This document shows, one piece after another, positions 44,958 through 56,041 of a DNA stretch of 64,000 bases (its first letter is position 1; each line of letters begins with the position of its first letter). The notes beneath the pieces are model-generated. The model did no database searches and had not been told where the DNA came from. It saw only the letters and a list, made by a program, of their open reading frames with translations. The DNA is from Macrostomum lignano. Taxonomy: Eukaryota. The translations under genes and the position numbers were made by a program. The stretch lies in contig NIVC01000758.1 of assembly GCA_002269645.1 (NCBI GenBank), positions 186,001 through 250,000 of the forward strand, written 5' to 3'.

Positions 44958-47900
44958 ATGTCGAAATACCTGAAGAGTTCGCGGCCGAGCGGCGGCGACT
45001 CAGCGGCACCGCAGCCGCGCCGGCGCAGCCGCGGTGGGCCTGCGCTGTCCGACTCGGATGAGGACTTCGGCATCGGCCGCTCAGACGACGAAAACATTGG
45101 TTCGCGCCCGCGCGGCGTCGGCGTTGAGCAGCAAGCGGCCCGACAGCGGGCGGCCCGTCGGAGTCCGGATTCGCGAACAGCGGCCGGTCCCTCCGCCGCG
45201 GCCGCCGCGCTCGGCTGGCAGCCGCCGCAGCCGAAGCGAGCCTCGCTAGCCAGCCGCGGCTCCGACATCGAAGAGGAGATCGACGAAGAAGCGGGTGCCA
45301 GCGGCCGCAGCCGCGACTCGTCTTCGTTTCGCTCGAAGTCGCCGCTGCTGAAGACCAAGAGGCCGGGCAAGTCGCCCGAGCCGGCCGGCCGGTCGCGGCT
45401 GTCCAGCTTTGACGAGCCGACGCCGGCCGACGGAGGCGCCGATTCGGCCAGGGGGCGCCGCTCGCCCGCCGGCCGCTCGCCCGCCTCGTCCTCCCGGCCG
45501 GAGCCGGCGGCCCGGCAGGCAGCCAGGCGGGACGAGCGGGAAGCGTCGACCTCGCCCAAGCCGCGGCCGCGCCGCAGCTCTTCGGGAGGCAGCGGGGACC
45601 GGGGCGACGACAAAGACTGGAACAGAGACAGGAGGAAGGACAAAGAGAAGGTGAGCATTTTAGTTTTCTACTTCAAGATTCAGACTTATAATATGGAAAT
45701 GGAATGGAAATGGAATGGAAATGGAATGGAAATGGAATGGAAATGGAATGGAAATGGAATGGAAATGGAATGGAAATGGAATGGAAATGGAATGGAAATG
45801 GAATGGAAATGGAATGGAAATGGAATGGAAATGGAATGGAAATGGAATGGAAATGGAATGGAAATGGAATGGAAATGGAATGGAAATGGAATGGAAATGG
45901 AATGGAAATGGAATGGAAATGGAATGGAAATGGAATGGAAATGGAATGGAAATGGAATGGAAATGGAATGGAAATGGAATGGAAATGGAATGGAAATGGA
46001 ATGGAAATGGAATGGAAATGGAATTGAAATGGAATGGAAATGGAATGGAAATGGAATGGAAATGGAATGGAAATGGAATGGGAATGGAAATGGAATGGAA
46101 ATGGAATGGAAATGGAATGGAAATGGAATGGAAATGGAATGGGAATGGAAATGGAATGGAAATGGAATGGAAATGGAATGGAAATGGAATGGAAATGGAA
46201 TGGAAATGGAATGGAAATGGAATGGAAATGGAATGGAAATCCCGATCCACATGCAGGACGCGGACAAGTACAGAGACAAGGACAAAGACAGGAAAAAAGA
46301 CCCGGACAAGAAGGACAAAGACAGGAAAAAAGACGCGGACAAGAAGGACAAAGACAAGGCGGGCAAGCGGCCGACGCTGGACGATGGCCGGGACTTCCGG
46401 CGCCACCTGCCCGAGTCGGAGCGCCGCCAGTCCGGCGCCTCGCGCCGAGACCCGCTAGACTCGCCGGACGAATTCGAACTGTTCGGCCGTAGCAAGCGAC
46501 GCGACGACTCGAAATTGGACGAAGAAGAGAAGCGAAAGCAGAAGGAGAAGGAGGAGAAGGCCAGGAAGTCCCGGCGCCGCTCCGGCGGCTCCAGCGAGGA
46601 TGAGGAGGCCGACGCCAACGGCAAGAGGCGACCGCAGCCGCGGCCCCGCCGGCAGAGTCCGAGCCCGGAGCGCCCCGAGGAGCGCAAGGAGCGCGAGGAG
46701 GCGGAGGCGACCCTGCGCGACCTGTTCGGCCCCGCGCCCGCCTCCGAGGCCGTCCCGAAGCCGCGGAGCCGGCGCGGCCAGGACGAAGCTGCCAGGAAAT
46801 CGGCGGAAGCGGAGGAGGCGGCCAGGCGCAGGCGGAGCTCCTTCTGCGAGGAGCTGGAGGAGGAGCCGGCCACCAAGGAGAAGGAGCGGCAGAGGCGGGA
46901 GGCGCTCAAGAAGCAGCGGGAGGAGGAGCTGCAGAAGGAGACGCAGAAAAATGCCAAGGATTACAAGGACATCTACCAGGTGAGGCCTGGTGGGGTGGCT
47001 GAGGCCTGGTGGGGTGGCTGAGGCCTGGTGGGTGGCTGAGGCCTGGTGGGTGGCTGAGGCCTGGTGGGGTGGCTGAGGCCTGGTGGGGTGGCTGAGGCCT
47101 GGTGGGTGGCTGAGGCCTGGTGGGTGGCTGAGGCCTGGTGGGTGGCTGAGGCCTGGATGAGGTGGCTGAGGCCTGGTGGGGTGGCTGAGGCCTGGATGAG
47201 GTGGCTGAGGCCTGGTGGGGTGGCTGAGGCCTGGATGAGGTGGCTGAGGCCTGGTGGGGTGGCTGAGGCCTGGATGAGGTGGCTGAGGCCTGGTGGGGTG
47301 GCTGAGGCCTGGATGAGGTGGCTGAGGCCTGGTGGGGTGGCTGAGGCCTGGATGAGGTGGCTGAGGCCTGGTGGGGTGGCTGAGGCCTGGATGAGGTGGC
47401 TGAGGCCTGGTGGGGTGGCTGAGGCCTGGTGGGGTGGCTGAGGCCTGGATGAGGTGGCTGAGGCCTGGTGGGGTGGCTGAGGCCTGGATGAGGTGGCTGA
47501 GGCCTGGATGAGGTGGCTGAGGCCTGGTGGGGTGGCTGAGGCCTGGTGGGGTGGCTGAGGCCTGGATGAGGTGGCTGAGGCATGGGTAGGGTGGCTGAGG
47601 CCTGGTGGGGTGGCTGAGGCCTGGATGAGGTGGCTGAGGCCTGGTGGGGTGGCTGAGGCCTGGATGAGGTGGCTGAGGCCTGGTGGGGTGGCTGAGGCCT
47701 GGATGAGGTGGCTGAGGCCTGGTGGGGTGGCTGAGGCCTGGTGGGGTGGCTGAGGCCTGGTGGGGTGGCTGAGGCCTGGTGGGGTGGCTGAGGCCTGGAT
47801 GAGGTGGCTGAGGCCTGGTGGGGTGGCTGAGGCCTGGATGAGGTGGCTGAGGCCTGGTGGGGTGGCTGAGGCCTGGTGGGGTGGCTGAGGCCTGGATGAG

Positions 47901-50900
47901 GTGGCTGAGGCATGGGTAGGGTGGCTGAGGCCTGGTGGGGTGGCTGAGGCCTGGATGAGGTGGCTGAGGCATGGGTAGGGTGGCTGAGGCATGGGTAGGG
48001 TGGCTAAGGCATGGTTAATGGTGGCTGAGGCATGGTTAATGGTGGCTGAGGCATGGGTAGGGTGGCTGAGGCATGGTTAATGGTGGCTGAGGCATGGGTA
48101 GGGTGGCTGAGGCATGGGTAGGGTGGCTGAGGCATGGTTAATGGTGGCTGAGGCATGGTTAATGGTGGCTGAGGCATGGGTAGGGTGGCTGAGGCATGGG
48201 TAGGGTGGCTGAGGCATGGGTAGGGTGGCTGAGGCATGGTTAATGGTGGCTGAGGCATGGGTAGGGTGGCTGAGGCATGGGTAGGGTGGCTGAGGCATGG
48301 TTAATGGTGGCTGAGGCATGGGTAGGGTGGCTGAGGCATGGGTAAGGGTGGCTGAGGGACATGGTAGGGTGGCTGAGGGACATGGTAGGGTGGCTGAGGC
48401 ACATGGTAGGGTGGCTGAGGGATGGTAGGGTGGCTGAGGCATGAGTTGGGGTGGCTTCTTGATGAGGTGGCTGAGGCATCGATGAAGTGGCTGAGGCATC
48501 GATGAAGTGGCTGAGGCCTGAATGGGGTGGCTGATCAAGCTCTGCTTCCTCATTCCAAACTCCTTCAGGTGGAGGACGCCCAGACCCCGGGTGAGGCCGT
48601 CGCCAAGGTGATGAGCGGCCAGGCAGAGCGGGAGCGGGCTGAAGCGGAACGGAAGCAGGCCAGGGAGCGCCACCTGCGGGTGCTGCGGCCGAGAACGGCC
48701 TCCGCTAAGGCGCGCGTGGACACCCGGCCACCCCGTCACCTCCTGCCAGGTGCGCGGGAAAATTTTTTTAATGTTTTGGAAATTCTCAAATCTCACTCGA
48801 GACTCCTCAAATCCCACTCCTGACTCCTCAAATCCCACTCTTGACTCATCAAATCCCACTCCTGACTCCTCAAATCTCACTTGAGACTCCTCAAATCTCA
48901 CTTGAGACTCCTTAAATCTCACTTGAGACTCATCAAATCTCACATGAGACTCCTGAAATCCCACTCGAGACTACTCAGATCTTACTTGAGACTCCTCAGA
49001 TCTTACTTGAGACTCCTCAGATCTTACTTGAGACTCCTCAGATCTTACTTGAGACTCCTCAGATCTTACTTGAGACTCCTCAGATCTTACTTGAGACTCC
49101 TCAGATCTTGCTTGAGACTCCTCGAATCCCACTTTAGACTACTCAGATCTTACTTGAGACTCTTAAAATCTCACTTGAGACTCCTCAAATCCTCCTCCCT
49201 AAAATGAGCAAGAAGTGCTGAGATGCCCACCCGTCCATGATGCAGGCACGGGCAGCAGCAGCCTCATGGACTCCAGCACCATCAACTTCACCGACTCCAG
49301 CACCATCCGCCAGTCCGTGTTCGCAGACTGGTACGCCGCCAAGCTGGCCATGGCGCGGGAGCAGCGCGCCGCCGAGGAGGCCAAAAAGCGGCAGGAGGCC
49401 GAGAAGAAGAAAGCGGAAGAGCAGGAGAAGAAGCTGGAAGGCAAGGCGGCCTTTGAGAGCTGGCTGAAGAACAAGAAGGCGAATGCGCCAAAGAAGAAGG
49501 TGAGCAGCTTTGGCTGGAGTTCTTTGGCTGGGGACGCTTGTGCGTTCAGCCTGGATGGGGTGCCTGAGGCCTGGATGGGGTGTCTAAGGTCTGGATGGGG
49601 TGTCTGAGGCCTGGATGGGGTGTCTGAGGTCTGGATGGGGTGCCTGAGGCCTGGATGGGGTGTCTGAGGTCTGGATGGGGTGATTGAGGCCTGAATGTGA
49701 TGCCTGTGGTCTGGATGGGGTGTCTGAGGCCTGGATGGGGTGCCTGAAGTCTGGATGGTGTGCCTGAGGTCTAGATGGGGTGCCTGAGATCTGGATGGGG
49801 TGTTTGAGGCCTGGATGGGGTGCCTGAAGTCTGGATGGGGTGCCTGAAGTCTGGATGGGGTGCCTGAGGTCTGGATGGGGTGCCTGTGGTCTGGATGGGG
49901 TGTCTGAGGCCTGGATGGGGTGCCTGAAGTCTGGATGGGGTGCCTGATGCCTGGATGGGGTGTCTGAGGCCTGGATTGGGTGATTGAGGCCTGGATGGGG
50001 TGCCTGAAGTCTGGATGGGGTGCCTGAGGTCTGGATGGGGTACCTGAGGCCTGGATGGGGTGTCTGAAGCCTGGATGGGGTGTCTGAGGTCTGGTCTGGA
50101 TGGGGTGCCTGAGGTCTGGATGGGGTGCCTGAGGTCTGGATGGGGTGCCTGAGGTCTGGATGGAATGCCTGAGGTCTGGATGTGATGCCTGAGGTCTGGA
50201 TGGGGTGCCTGAGGCCTGGATGGGGTGTCTGAGGTCTGGACGGGGTGCCTGAGGCCTGGACGGGGTGCCTGATGCCTGGATGGGGTGCCTGATGCCTGGA
50301 TGGGGTGCCTGAAGTCTGGATGGGGTGCCTGATGCCTGGATGGGGTGCCTGAGGTCTGGATGGGGTGCCTGATGCCTGGATGGGGTGCCTGAAGTCTGGA
50401 TGGGGTGCCTGAGGTCTGGATGGGGTACCTGATGCCTGGATGGGGTGTCTGAGGCCTGGATGGGGTGTCTGAGGTCTGGTCTGGATGGGGTGCCTGAGGT
50501 CTGGATGGGGTTCCTGAGGTCTGGATGGGGTGCCTGAGGTCTGGATGGAATGCCTGAGGTCTGGATGTGATGCCTGAGGTCTGGATGGGGTGCCTGAGGC
50601 CTGGATGGGGTGTCTGAGGTCTGGATGGGGTGCCTGAGGTCTGGACGGGGTGCCTGAGGCCTGGACGGGGTGCCTGATGCCTGGATGGGGTGCCTGATGC
50701 CTGGATGGGGTGCCTAAAGTCTGGATGGGGTGCCTGAGGTCTGGATGGGGTACCTGATGCCTGGATGGGGTGTCTGAGGCCTGGATGGGGTGCCTGAAGT
50801 CTGGATGGGGTGCCTGAGGTCTGGATGGGGTACCTGATGCCTGGATGTGATGCCTGTGGCCTGGATGGGGTGTCTGAGGTCTGGATGGGGTGTCTGAGGT

Positions 50901-51528
50901 CTGGATGGGGTGCCTGATGCCTGGATGGGGTGCCTGAGCCCTGGATGCTGAACCCATAGGTAGGAAATCTCAGTCTTAGTTATAATCTGGATAAAACTCG
51001 CTGTGGCTTTCATAATATTTGCTGGTCCTCAGAACTTCCCCTTTTTGCCTTTTGCTACCCCACGCGCAGAAGGACGAGAAGAAGCTGTCTCCGGAGGAGG
51101 AGAAGCAGAAAAAGGAGGAAAAGGAAAGGGAGGCGAAGGCCGCTTTCGCGAAATGGCGGGAGCAGAAGGAGCAGGAGAAGATGGAGAAGCTGGAAGAGGA
51201 GAAGCGGAAGAAACGGCAGGAGAAAAGGGAGAAACTCGAGAAGGAGAAACAGAAGAAGCTGGAGTCGGAGGAGAAGGTGGAGAAGTGGCAGGGCGTCAAG
51301 GAGAAGCGGCTGCAGATGGAGAAGCAGAAGGCCTCGGACGCGGCCCTGGAGCAGGAAAGGGAGCGGCTGCGGGAGGAGGAGAGAAAGCAGAAGGAGGCGC
51401 GCCAGGCCTTTCTCGAATGGAGCCGCCGGAAGGAGGAGTTCGAGACGACCCACGCCACTCAATCGCTGTCCGGTTCAACTACTCAACGGCGGGCGTGGCG
51501 GCCGAATTCGACTTCGAGAATCAGGTGA
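44958..51528 (+). CDS. MAP9: Microtubule-associated protein 9 (MAP9/ASAP)-like, ~769 aa
   Basis: Exons 44958-45650, 46257-46979, 48569-48749, 49246-49499, 51070-51528; phases 0,0,1,0 are consistent. A disordered S/R/D-rich N-half is followed by an E/K coiled-coil with TIRQSVFADWYAAK...AAFESWLKNKK...AAFAKWREQK...QAFLEWSRRK. This resembles MAP9 IRAAVYQEWLEKK...ASFEAWK as I recall it. Confidence 0.72.
45692..46240. repeat. 11-bp satellite (GGAATGGAAAT)n in MAP9-like intron 1
   Basis: About 50 units; source of the MEMEWKWNGNG pseudo-ORFs. Confidence 0.93.
46980..48530. repeat. 19-20-bp G-rich minisatellite (GTGGCTGAGGCCTGGTGGG / ...CATGGGTAGG)n in MAP9-like intron 2
   Basis: Starts at the donor GTGAGGCCTGGTGGG; the variant type shifts gradually along the array. 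Confidence 0.92.
48785..49195. repeat. 21-bp minisatellite (GAGACTCCTCAGATCTTACTT)n in MAP9-like intron 3
   Basis: Direct tandem units. Confidence 0.9.
49548..50950. repeat. 20-bp minisatellite (GGTCTGGATGGGGTGCCTGA)n in MAP9-like intron 4
   Basis: Direct tandem units. Confidence 0.92.
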
Positions 51529-51634
51529 TCGGGCAGCCAGTGCACCTGATTACCATCCGTCTGAAGACTTCCGATATGAACGAAGGCTTGTCGATAATAT
51601 TATTTGGGTTGGATTAAGTTAATAGGGTGCTGCT

Positions 51635-51985
51635 TCTTGGAGCAGAGAGTGAGGTGAGTGTCTAGGGCAGGGAGTGAGGTGGGTGCCTGGGGCAGGGAGT
51701 GAGGTGGGTGTATGGGGCAGGGAGTGAGGTGGGTGCCTGGGGCAGGGAGTGAGGTGAGTGCCTGGGGCAAGGAGTGAGGTGGGTGCCTGGGGCAGGGAGT
51801 GAGGTGGGTGTATGGGGCAGGGAGTGAGGTGGGTGCCTGGGGCAGGGAGTGAGGTGAGTGCCTGGGGCAAGGAGTGAGGTGGGTGCCTGTGGTAGGGAGT
51901 GAGGTGGTTTTATAGGCAGGAAATGAGGTGGGTGCCTGGGGCAGGGAGTGAGGTGGGTGTCTGGGACAGGGAGTGAGTTGGGTGC
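51635..51985 (+). repeat. 25-bp minisatellite (GGGCAGGGAGTGAGGTGGGTGCCTG)n
   Basis: Direct tandem units; the same unit occurs inverted at 58365-58565. Confidence 0.9.
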
Positions 51986-52904
51986 CTAAGGTAGGATGCT
52001 AGGTGGGTTTCTGGGGTAGTGCAAGTGAAGTGAAAGAGAATGCACTAGTGCCCAGCTCGTAAAGTAAATTTGACCGCATACCTCCTTGAGCCCCTTTTTC
52101 ACGTAAAAAATCGTCAAGTGTAATTTGACGTCGTCAATGCCGTAATATGAGGCCGCTCTGACTGAATTATTATATTTCATTCAAATTGTGTACTGCGCAA
52201 GTTCTACCTAAATAATTTCTATGTTTCTAGGCTTCATAATAGAGTTTTCTGTCAATATTTTTTTCTATCTGTGCATACGAACTGCTAATCTACGTACCGA
52301 TTTTATATTGTTACATTTTCATACATTTTCCTGAAATGTTGACTGGGGATCACTCTAGGCTGAGCCTGAAGTTAACGATGGGTTCATTTTAGGATGCGAA
52401 ACTTTTGGCTAGAATTTCCCCTATTTTGTGACTGGCAATCAGCTGCTGCGTCATTCCACCAGATTAATGAAAATTACTGTACATTACTGTAGAGTTAATT
52501 AATAGAATAACTCAGACAATTTTTGCATGCCAATTAATCATTGTGTTGCGTCTGACCTAATTAACCTGCACCATAAACTGTTTTATTGTTGTTAACTCAG
52601 CGGGTGGTCTCTTATTGATTTCTAACTGACTTTTCACCCGCTAATTGCTCTGACAGCTCCGCCTAATAATTCTTAGAAGAATTCCTGAGTTGATCAGTTC
52701 TGAAAACTATATAAATTATATTTATGCCTGCTTTATTCCTGCACGAGCTGTTCATTAGTTTTTATCTTTATTGCATTGCCGGTGCAGGTTTATTTTCTCA
52801 GAAGTCTCACGGAGTCACGAGATGGGACAGATGACCAATTCAGTAAGAGGGCGGAGATAGAGAGAGGCAAGAGAGAGTGAAAATACGGGAAACTCGGAAG
52901 AGAG

Positions 52905-53450
52905 GGTAAAGAGAGAGAGTGAAGATAGGGTCAAGAGAGGGTCAAGATAGGGTAAAGAGTGTGTGAGTAGAGGGTCAAGAGAGAGTAAATAGAGAGTGAA
53001 GAGAGGGTGAAGAAAGGGTGAAGATAGGGTAAAGAGAAGGTAAAGAGAGGTAAAGATTGGGTAAATAGAGGGTGAAGAGAGGGTAAAGAGAGGGTAAAGA
53101 GAGGTTGAAGTGAGGGTAAAGAGAGGGTGAAGAGAGGATGAAGAGAGGGTGAAGAGAGGGTAAAGAGAGGGTGAAGATAGGGTAAAGAGAAGGTAAAGAG
53201 AGGTAAAGATACAGCAAGATTGGGTAAATAGAGGGTGAAGAGAGGGTAAAGAGAGGGTAAAGAGAGGGTGAAGAGAGGGTGAAGAGAGGGTGAAGAGAGG
53301 GTAAAGAGAGGGTAAAAGGAGGGTAAATAGAGGGTAAAAGGAGGGTGAAGAGAGGGTAAATAGAGGGTAAAGAAAGGGTAAAGAGAGGGTAAAGAGAGGG
53401 TGAAGAGAGGGTAAAGAGAGGGTGAAGAGAGGGTAAAGAGAGGGTGGAGG
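52905..53450. repeat. 11-bp purine-rich repeat ([G/A]AAGAGAGGGT)n
   Basis: Degenerate tandem units. Confidence 0.85.
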
Positions 53451-53580
53451 GAGAGAAGAAAGAAGAGAGAGAAAGGTGAAAAGAAAGATGAGAGTCCGAC
53501 AGTGGTGCTCACAGCGGTAGAGATGTTTTCATCTCTCTTCTTTTGGCAGTGAGAGCAAATGATGAGTACAGCCCCATCCA

Positions 53581-53594
53581 GTTACCATAGCAAC
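53581..53594. promoter_or_regulatory. RFX X-box GTTACCATAGCAAC
   Basis: Matches GTNRCC-N2-RGYAAC and lies ~120 bp upstream of the ATG of the MAP9-like paralog. Confidence 0.55.
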
Positions 53595-53713
53595 CCTAAT
53601 GCGTACACCTGGTTTTTAAAGTGATTGAGTCCCCTTAGTTTTTCATAATTCCAAATTGTAAATAGACAGAGCAATGAAAATTGGCCCTACCTACTTTTCA
53701 TGCGGTTTCCAAG

Positions 53714-55087
53714 ATGTACAGCATGCATGGCAACGCCAGCGCCCCCTTAGCAACCACGAGCGCCCTGTGCGAGCTGCTGACACCGGCCTGCTGCATGGCC
53801 GAGTCCTGCGAGCTGTGGCGGCAATTCGCCCAGCTGCAGCTGCAGCCTGATGGCTGCGACTGCGACTGCCATGGTGACGCTGAGTTCGAGGACGAGCAGC
53901 TGGAGTTCGAAGGCTCCGCTGCCGAGCTGCGGCAAGCGGCGTTCGATAATTGGATGGCCGCCAAAAAGCGATCGGGCGGCTTTAGCGGCGGCCCAGCGGC
54001 CAGGGCAGCGGCCGAGGCGGCGGCGGCGGAGGAGGAAAAGCGGCGCAAACTGGAGGAGGGGCGGGCGGCCTACGCGAGCTGGCTGCAGGAGAAGCAGAAG
54101 ACGGGCGCCGGGGTGAGGAGGCGGAAGTTACTCGGATCTTCCGGCGTCTGCTGCTCTGCAGACTGCGAAGCCCGCTAACATTCGCTTATTAAGGAATTGG
54201 CTTCCAGTTCTCCTTCCGGTCATTGGGGATTGACTTCCGGTCTTCCTTCCGGTCATTGGGGATTGACTTCCGGTTTTCCTTCTGGGCATTGGGGATTGAC
54301 TTCCGGTTTTCCTTCTGGGCATTGTGGGGATTTACTTCCGGTTTTCCTTCTGGGCATTGGGGATTGACTTCCGGTTCTCCTTCCGGTCATTGGGGATTGA
54401 CTTCCGGTTCTCCTTCTGGTCATTGGGGATTGACTTCCGGTTCTCTTTCCAAGCAGTGGGGATTGGCTTATATGAGCAAATTTTTGAATCAATTTGAATC
54501 AAGAATGCTGTAAACAGGGGCTCCATAGACGACTTAAGTAAGGACGTCTTTTGAGCGGCTCATATACGTATACACATGTAGCAACATGCATGCAACATGC
54601 AAGCTACAATATTTCTTATAAACTCCCACAGAAAAAGAAGACAACAGACAAGCATAAACAGGAAGAGCAGCGGCAGCAGAAGATGCCGGCCGACTCTGAA
54701 GCAGCCATCGCCAATTGGCGCCAACGCAAGGACGCCGAGTTGGCGGAACGCCAGCGCGCTGAGCGCCAACGCCGTGCAGAAGAGAGGCGCGCCAAGGAGG
54801 CGAAAGACGAGGAGCGACGCGCCACAGCAGCCAGCGCAGCGGCGGCCTGGGCGAAGCGCAAGGAGACCTCGGCGAAGGAGCGACGGTCAGCTCCGTCGAC
54901 TTCGACGACCGACGATCAGCAAAGACAAGAAGAAGAAAAGCGCGCCAAGTCAGACATGGCTTTCCAGAAATGGAAAATAAAAAAGTCGCAGCAGAAGCAG
55001 CAGCTAGCAGCTGGTGAAGAGGACGATGAATCTAAAAAGAAGAAAACCGCGGTATGGCGACCAAATGCCACAAGTAGGAGAAAGTAA
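53714..55087 (+). CDS. Short MAP9-like coiled-coil paralog (~284 aa)
   Basis: Exons 53714-54112 and 54632-55087 (phase 0). Motifs ELRQAAFDNWMAAKK, AAYASWLQEK, AAIANWRQRK, MAFQKWKIKK; the C-terminus AVWRPNATSRRK parallels RAWRPNSTSRIR of the upstream gene. Confidence 0.78.
54200..54455. repeat. 33-bp repeat (TTCCGGTTCTCCTTCCGGTCATTGGGGATTGAC)n in the paralog intron
   Basis: About 7 units. Confidence 0.85.
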
Positions 55088-56041
55088 AACAGTGAAACAC
55101 ACTATATAACTAATCGTTTTCGTGTTAACTGTAAACGTACATGTATGCAATGCTGTATATGATGAAAATGATGCCTGAATATCAATAAATTCGATTTTTT
55201 TATTTATGAAACAAATAAAATGTAAACTTCGCTCTGAAAAAATATAAAACCATGATAAAGCCATATTTAACAAAAAATCTGTGTGTCTAATAATGTGTAC
55301 TTAAATTGCTATTCACCCACACTTACATTATAAAGCTACATCTTGTCTTAGAGGCTTTCAGAGTTCCACTAATTCACGAACTATTATAGTCCATAAAAGT
55401 GACTACTTTTAAAAGTTTGTTCTATCTAAGAGGCTCTTCATATTGCTTGTTCTGGTTCTAGAACCAGGACCAATTTTTTTAAGTATAACTTTTTGTCTCC
55501 TAAACTAGAGGGATATTAGTGCTTTAAAATTGTGATTATTGAATGGCAATAGCCAAGAAGAAAGTGAAAAATTGTGCAAAGTGAGGCTGTTAAGGCAGTC
55601 AAACATTCAACAAAGTTAAATAGTTATACTGCTTTTTTCTTGGAAATCCGAACCGTTTCTGGTTCGAGAATCGATTGCCGTGAAGAGGCTCTAAGAAGAA
55701 TATCAACTGCACTGACCGGATTCAGAAAGTGTAAAATTATAACAAATTGTCGTCGTGTTTTGATAACTTTACCTTGGTTAAGCAAATACTTGCTAGCATG
55801 GTGTTATATTTAGTTTTTTATTTTTACATGCGCTAGCAAGTGCAAAACTATGGTAGTTGTCTTTATTTTTACTGTCGCTGTTTGAAGTGAAATCTTTTGA
55901 CTCATTTTAAAACCAAGCGAGATAGTGAAAGTCGCTTAATTTGACTTTCAGATTCATTTTGATTAATGGTTTCGAAAAAAAAGTGTCCTGGTAATAGATT
56001 CCTATGTATCAATGTATTATTAGTATGTGAAAATTCTAGCC

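Noticed and set aside
46977-48571. CAG|GTG at both ends of MAP9-like intron 2 as evidence of an introner or intron gain by duplication
   Set aside because: MAG|GT is the ordinary proto-splice consensus, most other introns lack such end repeats, and no two introns share a body sequence.
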